Source: Hypanus sabinus (taxonomy: Eukaryota). From it: DNA of 64,000 nucleotides. Where the stretch lies: assembly GCF_030144855.1 (NCBI RefSeq), contig NC_082707.1:84754001-84818000 (forward strand), given 5' to 3'. The notes under the pieces are model-generated. The model had not been told where the DNA came from, did not search any database, and saw nothing but the letters and a program-made list of their open reading frames with translations. A program made the position numbers and the translations under genes. Shown here piece by piece: positions 1-11,234 of this stretch. The stretch's first letter is position 1, and each line of letters begins with the position of its first letter.

Positions 1-164
1 TGGTATCATTTATGTGGACAAATAGGGATTTAATGAGCATTGATAATTGTCTGACCTTTGCTGGCAAGGCTAAGATTTAGTGAGAAAAAGCAAGCATCCT
101 CCATTGTGAGAGTATTCCAATGCTGTTTGGCAATAAGTTTCACCCCAGATTTTGTCAAAGAATT

Positions 165-1690
165 ATAGAATAATAGAAAAGTACAGCACAGGAACAGGCC
201 ATTCAGCCCTCAATGTTGTGCCAAACCGGATAAAAAGCAAATCAAATGTCACCTTCACTGCATGCCCTTGGGTATTAGACGCATCAACCCTGGGAAACAG
301 ATACTGTCTGTCCACTTTATCTATGCCTCACATAATCTTATAAACCTCTACCAGATTTCCTCTCAGCCTCTGACGCTCCAAAGAAAACAGCCCAAGTTTA
401 TCCAGCCTCTCATGATAGCACATGCCCTCTAAACCAGGCGGCATCCTGGTAAACCTCTTCTGCACCCTCACAAAGCTTCAACATCCTTCCTACAAGTGTT
501 CTAACCAAAATTTCATAAGGTTGCAACAAACTTTCTGACTTTTGAACTCAATAACTCAACTAATAAAAGCAAGTATTCCATTAGTTTAACTACCTTATCG
601 AATTGCACGGCCACTTTCAAGGAGCTATGAACATGGATCTTGGATCTCTCTACTCAGCAACACTGTTAAGGCCCCTGCCCTAACAGTGTACTGTCTCTTT
701 GCATTGCAACACCTCACTTTTACTGTGCTGTATTCTTTGCCAGTCTTCTGCACTATCCACAACTCCACCAATCTTGGTATCATCTGCAAATTTACCAACC
801 TATCCATCTACATTTTTATCCAGGTCATTTATATACATTAAAACCCTGGGAAACAGATACACTCTGTCCACTCTTATCTATACCCCTCATAATCTTATAA
901 AGCTCCTTCAGGTCCCAGTGCAGAACTCCACTAATTATAGACCAAGTCTCCTCAACCACTATCCTCTCTCTTCTATGTACAAGAGAGCTCTGAATACAAA
1001 CAGCCAATTCACCGTGAATCACAAGCATCTTAATTTTCTGGATTAGCCTCCATGAGGGACTTTATAAACTCCTAACTAAAATCCATGTAGATAACATCCA
1101 CTGCCCTACCCTCATCAATCTCTCTCCTCACCTGGTCAAATAAAACTGAATCAAGTTGGTAAGGCACAACTTACCACACACAAAGCTCTACTGGCTCTCC
1201 ATGGGTTTCCAAACACTCATATATCCCATTGCAGCAACTTCCCTTCAACTGATGCAAGACTCACTGGTCTATAGCTCCCAGGACTTTCCCTTATCCCCTT
1301 TTTAAATAGAGGTAAAACATTAGCTACTTGCCAGATCTCCAGGAGCTTGACCGTGGCTGGAAAGGACACAAAGATACTGGTTGAGGGCCCTGCAATCTCA
1401 TCTCTTGTCTCTTTCAATAACCTGCATTAAATACCATCAGGCTCTGAGGACTTATCCATCTTAATACTCCCTAGGAGGCCCAATGCTTCCTCCTCCTTGA
1501 CCTCTAAATGCCCTAACCTATTTATACACTCAGTAATGATCTGATCTCCTGGTCCTTCATATCCTTTTCCTCGGTAAAAACTGAAGTAAAGTACTCACTA
1601 AGTACCTCACTTACATTCCTTGAATGGTACCACCCTCTCCCTAGTTATCCTTTTACTCTTCATGTATAGAATCACTTGGAATTCACCTAT
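165..1690 (-). mobile_element. Old, fragmented CR1-type LINE (ORF2 RT and 3' end)
   Basis: Minus ORF 1217-1417 has WQVANVLPLFKKG...PGSYRPVSLASVEGKLL, typical of CR1/L2 RT. The reversed 3' tail lies near 165. Boundaries approximate. Confidence 0.75.
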
Positions 1691-1699
1691 ATCTTACCT

Positions 1700-2292
1700 G
1701 TGCCAGAGTCAGGGACGCATCGGATCTTGTCTACAGCATTTTGGAGGGGAAGAGAGAGCAGCCAGATATCTTGGTACATATTGGTACCAGAGACATAGGA
1801 AGGAAAAGCAAAGAGGTCCTGAAGAAAGAATTCAGAGAGCTAGGCAGAAAGATGATAAGTGGGGCCTCCAGGGTAGTAATTTATGGATTGCTACCTGTGT
1901 CATGCACCAGTGAGGCTACAAACAGGATGATTTGGCAGATAAATGTGCGGCTGAGGAGCTGGTGCAGGGGACAGGGTTTCAGGTTCTCGGATCATTGGGA
2001 TCTTTTCTAGGGGACATATCACCTGTACAAAAGGGACAGGTTACACCTGAACCCAAGAGGGACCAAAATTCTTGCAGGCATTTTGTTAGAGCTGTTGGAG
2101 AGGAGTTAAACTAATCTGGCGGGAGATGGGAACCAGAGTGAAGGGACTCAGGTTAGGATGTACGGTAAAAAAGCAAAGATACCATGCAGTCAGACAGTCA
2201 GGAAGGGCAGCAGATAACAGGACAAAATTACAGCCAAGAGGTTGAGTATCAATGCATTTGGGATGCAGAATCAAAAATAGTAGCAAATACAG
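1700..2292 (+). mobile_element. CR1 LINE ORF1 fragment (SGNH/GDSL esterase domain)
   Basis: EQPDILVHIGTRDIG...LLPV...WCRGQGFRFSDHWDLF matches the esterase domain of fish/shark CR1 ORF1 (VHIGTNDIG motif). Confidence 0.8.
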
Positions 2293-5200
2293 TAGAAACA
2301 TAGAAAACCTGCGGCACAATACAGACCCTTCAACGCACAAAGCTGTGCCGAACATGTCCTTACCCTAGAACAGGGGTGGGCAAACTTTTTGACTTGTGGG
2401 CCACAAAGGGTTCTAAAATTTGACAGGGGGGCCAGACCAGGAGCAGATGGACGGAGTGTTTTGGTAATACACCTCATAAGAGAAAATAAAATATCATGGG
2501 ATATGTAAAAAACATGTGCTTTAATTTCAATTGAAAATGAACAAATGCATTACAACAAAATATCTGTCTTTGAAGTCCCACGGTATTCAGCTATTTATTG
2601 AAATGTCTTTTAAAACACTGAAAATTAAATGAATAAAATATTTTTTAATAGTAACAGTTATTATTTTAAAGCACTGAAAATTCTGTTATCCTTCAAGATA
2701 TTATCATCATCACTCTCCTCCTGACTGTCTTTATTTCAAAAACGGTAGGAGATGCAGGTCTACTTGTCCTGCTCCTTCTTATTCAATTGTCCCCTGTGCC
2801 AAAACTCAACAACAACCAGCACAAGGACAGAACAGTGACAGCGCGCCAGTATGCGGAGCGCTTTATTTGATCTGGAGCGCATTTTTTATTTTGAGAACGT
2901 ACGTGCACCTGCGCACTACTCATGTCCATCACTTAACAGAAATGACATGTAACATGTAAGGCTTATTGAAAAAAAATATTTTCAAATGCATTTTTTACAT
3001 AACACAACGAAGAAACTTATTTTTAATTTCAGTGGGAACAGTGTTGTTGGTCTCCCTTTTTAGCCAGCGCATCAAAGTCTGGATTTAGTTTTGTTGTAGC
3101 GATTCTCAGGATGGATCTGAGGTGTTGGTCAGTTAACTTGGATCTGTGGCTGGCTTTGTTGATGTTCATGACGCTGAACACCTGTTCACACAAACAGGTC
3201 GAGCCGAACAAAGAGTAAAGCGCAAATGTGGAGTAATACGCTGCACCTCAACAAAGGTCAATGTATATAGAGTGCGTCATCTATTGGGAAAACGCCAGAA
3301 TTGCGGGGAAAAAACGTTAACAAGGTTTATTAATATAATTTCATCAAGTTCTGCAGGCCGGATTAAAAAGCTTAACGGGCCGCATATGGCCCCCGGGCCG
3401 TAGTTTGCCCATGCCTGCCCTAGAACTACCCAGATTTACCCATAGCCCCCTATTTTTCTAAGCTCCATGTACCTATCCAGGAGTCTCTTAAAAGACCCTA
3501 TCGTATCTGCCTCTACCGCCGCCGCTGGCAGCCCATTCCAGGCACTCACCCTCTCTGCGTAAAACACTTACCCCGACATCTCCTCTGTACCTACTTCCAA
3601 GTACCTTAAAACTATGCCCTCTCGTGCTAGCCATTTCAGCCCTGGGAAAAAGCCTCTGATAATCCACAAATCATTTACAACATCATTGTAAATCTCCACT
3701 GCACCGTTTCTATGGTTTCCATATCCTTCCTGTAGTGACGAGACCAGAATTGAGCTGCAACATTACCGCTCGGCTCTTAAACTCAATCCCACAGTTGACG
3801 AAGGCCAATGCACCGTAACCCTTCTTAACCACAGAGTCAACCTGCGTAGCAGCTTCGCGTGTCCTATGGACTCCGACCCCAAGATCCTTCTGATCCTCCA
3901 CACTGCCAAGAGTCTTACCATTAATGCTATATTCTGCCATCATATTTGACCTACCAAAATGAACCATCTCACACTTATCTGGGTTGAACTCCATCTGCCA
4001 CTTATCAGCCCAGTTTTGCATCCTATCAATGTCCTGCTATAACCTCTGACAGCCCTCCACACTATCCACAACACCTCCAATCTTTGCGTCATCAGGAAAT
4101 TTACTTCCACTTAGTCATCCAGGTAATTTATATAAATTATGAAGAGTAGGGGCCCCAAAACAGATCCCCGAGGCACACCACTGGTCACTGACCTCCATGC
4201 AGAATATAACCCGTCTACAACCACTCTTTGCCTTCTGTGGGCAAGCCAGTTCTGGATCCACAAAGCAATGTTCCCTTGGATCCCATGCCTCCTTACTTTC
4301 CTCAATAAGCCTCGCATGGGGTACCTTATCAAATGCCTTGCTGAAATCTACATACACTACATCTAATGCTCTACCTTCATCAATGTGTTTAGTCACATCC
4401 TCAAAAATTTCAATCGGACTTGTAAGGCATGACTTGCCTTTGACAAAGCAATGCTGACTATTCCTAATCATATTATGCCTCTCCAAATGTTCAGAAATCC
4501 TGCCTCTCAGGATTTTCTCCATCAACTTACCAACCACTGAAGTAAGACTCACTGGCCCATAATTTCCTGGGCTATCCCTACTCCCTTTCTTGAATAAGGG
4601 AACAACATCCACAGCCCTCCAATCCTCCAAAAGCTCTCCCATTCTCATTGATGATGCATAGATCATTGCCAGAGGCTCAGTAATCTCTTTCCTCACTTCC
4701 CACAGTAGCCAGGGGTACACCCCATCCAGTCCCAGAGACTTATCCAACTTGATGGTTTCCAAAAGCTCCAGCACATTCTCTTCCTTAATATCTACATGCG
4801 CAAGCTTTTCAGTCTGCTGTAAATCATCCCTACAATCACCAAGATCCTTTTCTGCAGTGAATATTGAAGGAAAGTATTCATTAAGTACCTCTGCTATTTC
4901 CTCCAGTTCCATACACACTTTTCCACTGTCACACTTGATTGGTCCTATTTTCTCACGTCTTATCCTCTTGCTCTTCACATTCTTGTAGAATGCCTTGGGG
5001 TTTTCCTTAATCCTGTCTGCCAAGGCCTTCTCGTGGCCCCTTCTGGCTTTCCTAATTTCATTCTTAAGCTCCTTCCTGCTAGACTTATAACCTTCTAGAT
5101 CTCTATCATTATCTAGCTTTTTGAACTTTTCATAAGCTCTTCTTTTCCTCTTGACTAGATTTACAACACCCTTTGTACACCACGGTTCCTGTACCCTCCC

Positions 5201-6249
5201 ATCCTTTGTCTCACTGGAACGTACCTAAGCAGAACTGCACACAAATATCCCCTGAACATTTGCCACATTTCTCCCGTATGTTTCCCTGAGAACATCTGTT
5301 TCCAATTTATGCTTCCAAGTTGCTGCCTGATAGCCTTATATTTCCCCTTACTCCAATTAAATGTTTCCCTATCTTGTCTGTTCCTATCCCTCTCCAATGC
5401 TATGGTAAAGGAGATAGAATTGTGATCACTATCTCCAAAAATACTCACCCACTGAGAGACCTGACAACTGACCAGGTTCATTTCCCAATACCAGATCAAG
5501 TACAGCCTCTCCTCTTGTAGGCTTATCTATATATTGTGTCAAGAGACCTTCCTGAACACACCTAACAACTCCACTCCATCTAAAACCCTCACTCTAGGGA
5601 GATGCCAATCAATATTTGGGAAATTAAAATCTCCCACCACAGTAACCCTGTTATTATTACACCTTTGCAGAATCTGTCTCCCTATCTGCTCCTCGATGTC
5701 CATGTTACTAATGGGTGGTCGATAAGAACACCCAGCAGAGTTACTGACCCCTTTCTATTCCTAATTTGCACACACAGAGACTCTGTAGAGAACCCCTCCA
5801 TGACTTCCTCCTTTTCTGCAGCCATGACACTCTTTTGCCTCCTTTCCTGTCCATTCTGAAACATCTAAAGCTTGGCACTTGAAGTAGCCATTCCTGCCCC
5901 TGCACCATCCAAGTCTCTGTGATGGCTCCAAGTGTTGATTCACACTCTAAGCTCATCTGCTTTCTTCATAATACTCCTCGCATCAAAATCGACACATCTC
6001 AAACCATCGGTCTGAGCGCGTACCTTCTCTATAACCTGCATATCCTCCCTTTCCTCCATCACATCAGTTTGGTTCCCACCCCCCAGCAATTCTAGTTTAA
6101 ACTCTGCCCAACAGCCTTAGCAAACCTCCCCGCTAGGATATTGGTTCCCCGGAATTGACATGCAACTCATTCTTTTTGTACAGGTCACACCTGCCCCAAA
6201 AGAGGTCCCAATGATCTAGAAATCTGAATCCCTGCCCCCTGCTCCAATC
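2293..6249 (-). mobile_element. Long CR1 LINE (end of ORF1, endonuclease, RT, 3' tail), frameshifted, interrupted by a hAT MITE
   Basis: 302-aa ORF 4115-5023 (ENPKAFY...PVSLTSVVGKLME...[13 protein letters not shown]), [28 protein letters not shown] and endonuclease SDHNSI. Tail TAGAAACATAGAAAAC at 2293. Confidence 0.92.
2371..3417 (-). mobile_element. Non-autonomous hAT element (internal deletion derivative of the family at 46720-49621)
   Basis: TIRs CAGGGGTGGGCAAACT / AGTTTGCCCATGCCTG. Perfect 8-bp TSD CCCTAGAA (2363-2370, 3418-3425). Retains the transposase C-terminus FGSTCLCEQVFS...QQHCSH. Confidence 0.96.
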
Positions 6250-6399
6250 AGGGACAATATCACAGCTGCACTCAGAGGTGTCATAATGGAGAGATCAGAC
6301 ACCAAATCCATTTGGCTGGAACTCAAGTCTAGGGAAGGGTACAATCATACTGGTGGAATTGTACAGATCTCTTAATGCCCACTGTGATCAGATTAAGGA

Positions 6400-6526
6400 A
6401 ATATGTAAACATAATAGTCTGTACATGCTCAAACAACGAGGGCTGGAGAGAGAACTTCCGGGTTTTCCCAATCTGCGGTTGGTTGAATCCACGCATGCGG
6501 AATCCGCAGATAAGGAGGGCCGACTG
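6400..6526. mobile_element. One end of a Tigger/pogo-type (MER2-like) DNA transposon
   Basis: Ends GGTTGGTTGAATCCACGCATGCGGAATCCGCAGATAAGGAGGGCCGACTG followed by TA, resembling the terminus of MER2-type TcMar-Tigger elements. The opposite TIR was not found. Confidence 0.6.
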
Positions 6527-6529
6527 TAC

Positions 6530-7110
6530 TCATTGCACAAGACCTCTTCCCTCTAGGTCTTTGGTGCCGATGTATAGCAGGACCTCTAGCTGTTCTCTTT
6601 CCCCGTCGAGAATATCCTACAGGTGCTTCGATAGGTTGTGCACCTTAGCACGAGGGAGGCAACACACCATCCTGGTGTCTTCTTTGCTGTCACAAAATTT
6701 CCTTTCCACCCCCCTAACTACAGAGTCCCCTATAACTACCACATTGTCTGACTTTACCCTTCCTTGTCAAGTCTCAGAGCCAGACACAGTGTCACCAGCC
6801 TGGCAACTGCTGCCGTGATCTGATGAGTCATTTCCACCCTCCCCCCCACCCCCCCCAGAGGCAAAGGGGTATGTATACCTGTTGCTGAGGGAAATAGCCA
6901 CAGGGAAACCCTGCACTGACTTCTTAATCCCTTTACCTTTCCTGACAGTCACCATTTACTGTGGGTGTGACCGTCTCTTCATAATGCTCGGTTATAGGAT
7001 CTTTGGCCTCCTGAATGATCCTGAAGTTGGGTGCACTTCCCACAGATGTAGTCATCAGGGAAATAGTTAGGTATCCCAAATTCCCACATCTAACAGGAAG
7101 AACATTCCAT
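6530..7110 (-). mobile_element. CR1 ORF1 5' fragment
   Basis: VTVRKGKGIKKSVQGFPVAISLSNRY and VVIGDSVVRG-type sequence of CR1 ORF1. Confidence 0.7.
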
Positions 7111-7849
7111 CTTTAACAACTTTATACCAAAAAAGGAAAAGGCTTGCCTTTTCTTGACTGTTCACGCCAAGGCTTGTTAAGTCAAAGCCTCCACACTATC
7201 ACTGGCACACACTGACAATGGCCACTCCGCTTGAGGCTTCCCTTCTATGACTTACAGCTGAGGTTAGGCCTCTGACACCCACACTTCCCGCACTTGTGCT
7301 GTCCAAAAAGGCTGGACTTTCCCAAATCTGCTCCTTTTATCTTTTCTCCTGTCTTCTGTAGGGCTACGACCTAATACACACTCCTCTCCTGTGAGCCGCC
7401 AAAAAAGACCAGCTTTTAACAGAGTCTGTTCCATTTATACTTGTACTCCTACTTTCAGTAGGCCTCTGATGCCGACAATCGGCCTTGAACAATTTACTAC
7501 AGGCAATATATCTATTTACAAATCAGAACACAAGAAATAGAAGCAGGAATAGAATCCATTTAGCTACTCAATAAAAATAATGCTTCATCCAAACTTGGGC
7601 CTCGACTTTATTTTTCTGCATGATTGCCGAAAACATTAATTGTCAGACTTGGATAGACTTAAGCACCTTAGCATCCACAAACCTCTCAGGACAAAAATTT
7701 TAGTTTCACAAAATTCATGGAAGACCTTTTTTCTCAACTCGGTTTTAAACTGCTTACCTCCTACTCTGAGCCTCTGCATCTGATTCAATACTCCATATAC
7801 CTATCTTCACAGCATACCTCACGTCAAGCCACTTCAGAGTTTTCTGTTT

Positions 7850-8548
7850 CATAGAACATCACAGCACAGAAACAGGCCTTTTGGCCCCTCTTGGCTGTGC
7901 CAAACCATTTTTCTGCCTAGTTCCTCCGACCTGCACCTGGGCCATAACCCTCCAAACCCCTCTCAGCCACAGACCTGTCCAAGCTTTTCTTAAATGTCAA
8001 AAGTGAGCCCGCATTCACTTCATCTGGCAGCTCGTTCCACACCACACTCCCACCACTCTCTGCGTGAAGAAGCACCCCCTAATGTTCCCTTTAAACTTTT
8101 CCCCCTTCACCCTTAATGCATGACCTCTGGTTTTTTTCTTCCCTAGCCTCAGTGAAAAAATCCTGCTTGCATTCACTCTATCTATACCCATCATAATTTT
8201 ATACACCTCTATCAAATCTCCCCTCATTCTCCCACGTTCCAGAGAATAAAGTCCTAACCTATTTCTCTGTTACTCAGTTTCTCAAGTCCTGGCAACATCC
8301 TTGTAAACCTTCTCTGCACTCTTTCAACCTTATTAATATCCTTCCTGTAATTAGGTGACCAAAACTGCACACAGTATTCCAAATTCGGGCTCACCAATGC
8401 CTTATACAACCTCACCATAACATTCCAGCCCTTATACTCAATACTTTGATTTATAAAGGCCAATGTACTAAAAGCTCTCTTTACGACCCTATCTACTTGT
8501 GACGCCACTTTTAGGGAATTATGTATCTGTACTCCCAGATCCCTCTGT
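7850..8548 (-). mobile_element. 5'-truncated CR1 LINE 3' end
   Basis: LYKALVSPNLEYCVQFWSPNYRKDI...RGDLIEVYKIM...FFTQRVV. Confidence 0.9.
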
Positions 8549-9692
8549 GAGATTTTATTTTCATTCTTTTAAAATCCAGTCAATAGTGCAAATCTCTACA
8601 ATCATGAGAAAAATCAAAAACAATTTAGTAAACCTCTGCTGTATTGCCTTCAAGGCAAATAAGATTTTCACTAAATTATGTAGCCCTAAACTACAGATAA
8701 TTCTCGAAGTGTGACCTCACCAAAATCCTATTGATATTTTCATATTAATGTACTCAATTCTCTCTCTCTTACTTTGCGACGTTGTTCATGCGACAGTACT
8801 CATTATAATCTATCTGGTTTACTTTTGCTCACTCACTTAACCTCTTTCCTCCCTTTGGAAACTTGGTGCCCTTCTTACAACTTTCCACCTATGTTATGTT
8901 GAAGCTGTGTTAAATCAATATTCTAGCAGGATTGGAATCAAATAAATCATGGGAAATTTACCATTCAGTAGTGTCTGTGCCAAACAATCTCATTTATCAG
9001 CCCAATGTGTATAAATTGCTTGTCACAGCTTTTCAGATACACAGCCACGTACCAATAAAAGATGATAAGGGTTTTGACCGCTACTATAGCTTCAGATAGT
9101 GGATTTCATATCCCTACTACCCATATTCCATAAAAGACAGAAATAAACCACTCAATCTATCAAATTTATCCCAGTTCTACTCTCTTTGATGCAACCTATT
9201 CTACCCAACATTGACTGTCCCCTATGATACCACCCATCTCCACTCAAGACAGGCAGCAGACTGGCAAAGGGGAATGGTGTGCTTCTATGGTAAAATATGA
9301 AACTATGAAAATATGAGTTAAGAAACTGCAAGTATTAAAAGATCCTGTTGGGATTTATGCAGAAGCCCATTGGCCATATCAAAGTGGCAGAGAGCAAGGA
9401 ACAACATGAGGTTTGGACAACTCATACGCCAGGCCAGATTGAAATGGTCAGGTTGTCAGTGTCGGAGGTGATGGCCAGTCCGGCTCGGCTCGCTGCTCCA
9501 CAGGATTTGCTCATCTTTGTGCTGGCTCTGTTCTCATTACTACCATCAGAAAGGAGGTGTAGGAGCCTGAAGACACACATTCAATGATTTAGGAACATCT
9601 TCTTTTCCTTTGCCATCTGATTTCTGAATGGACATTGTTCACTAACTCCCTACTTTTTTTATTTTTATTTTGCACTAGTTATTTAACTTATT

Positions 9693-11220
9693 TACAAGAA
9701 AAAAGTCTCTGAACTGGTTTTCTGCACTAATTACTCATAAAATGTGTTCTGATCTTCATAAGTCACAATAATAGGCACAATCTGCCTGAACTAATAACAC
9801 ATAAGCAATTATACTTTTCATATCCTTATTGAACACCTTCACAATCCAGGCTGGAAAAAGTACGTGACCCTTTTACTTACTAACTAGAGCCTCCTTCAGC
9901 AGCAATAACCACCACCAAACATTTCTTGTAGCTGTTGATCAGACGTGCACAACAGAAGGGAATTTTAGACCATTCCCTCATATAAATTTGTTTCAGTTCA
10001 TCAGTATTTCTGGGATACCTTGCATGAACAACCCTCTTCAGATCATGCCACAGCATCTCAATTGGGTTAAGGTCCACTCTGTCTGGGCCATTCCAAAGCT
10101 TGCATTTTCTTCCTTTTAAACCATTCTGTTGTTGACTTACTCTTGTGTTTCAGATCATTGTCTTGTTGCATCACCCAAATTCTATTAAGCTTCAGGTGAC
10201 AGACCACTACCCTGACATTATCCTGTAAAAATGTCTTGATATAATTTTGAATTCATTGTTCCCTTAATGATTGCAAGCTGTCCAGGCTCTGAGGTAGAAA
10301 AGCAGCCCCAAACCCTGATGCTCCTTCCACCATGCTTCACAGTTGGGATGAGGTTCTGGTATTGGAGTGCAGTGCCCTTTTCCCTCCAAACATAGCACTG
10401 TGCATTTCTGTCAAAAAGTCTAACTTTTGTCTCACCTGTCCATAGAATGTTGCCCCAGAAGTATTGTGATACGTCCAGGTGGACTTTTAAAAACTTAAGA
10501 AGTGTAGCAATTTTTCTGGGAGAGCAGTGGTTTCCTCTGGGGTGTCCCTCCATGAACACCATTCTTTTTCAGTGTTTTTCTTATAGTGGACACAAAAACG
10601 GAGACTTCAGTGGGTCTTTTGCTGTTACCCTTGGGTTCTTTTTCACCTCATTCAATATTACACATTATGCTCTTGGTGTAATCTTTGCAGGATGCCCACT
10701 CCTAGGGAGAGTAGCAATAGCACTGAATTTCCTCCATTTGTAGACAATTTCTCTTACTGTGGACTGATTAACACTCAGGTCCTTAGAAATGCTTTTATAG
10801 CCTCTTCCAGCTTCACACATCTCTACAATTCTTCTCCTAAGGTTCTCTGAAAGTTGTTTTGATAAAGGCATGGTGCACATAAACAGATCTTTCTTGAGGA
10901 GAGCAGGCACTGTCAAAAACCTGGCTCTGTGGGTCCTTTTTATAGGGCAGAGCGCCTCTACAACCCACACTTTCATCTCATCGATTGGAGCTCCTGACTT
11001 GTAGAAGGCTTTACCCTAGAGGTTCACATACTGCTTTTGAAACTAAACTGATTGTTTAAATGGTGCACTCAGTATTGACGAGATGTACAATTGTTTGTGT
11101 TATTATTTAGACAGATTCAATTTGTCTATTAACGTGACAAATAAAGACCAGACCACATTTTATAAGTAATTAATGCAGAAAACCAGGTAATTGCAAAGGG
11201 TTCATGAACTTTTTCTTGCA
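9693..11220 (-). mobile_element. Tc1 (DD34E-type) DNA transposon, full-length but decayed, with long imperfect inverted termini
   Basis: Transposase pieces 10871-9880: MPLSKQLSENLRRRIV...GYKSISK...LPRSGHPAKIT, WTGETK (catalytic D to G), QQDNDLKH, DLNPIEMLW. The left end TGGTTTTCTGCACTAATTACTCATAAAATGTG is the reverse complement of the right end CACATTTTATAAGTAATTAATGCAGAAAACCA. Confidence 0.9.
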
Positions 11221-11234
11221 AATTTACTTTGAAC

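Noticed and set aside
287-905. Direct repeat of about 60 nt (287-348 and 842-905) as LTRs
   Set aside because: Both copies are CR1 3' sequence, with no TG..CA ends or TSD.
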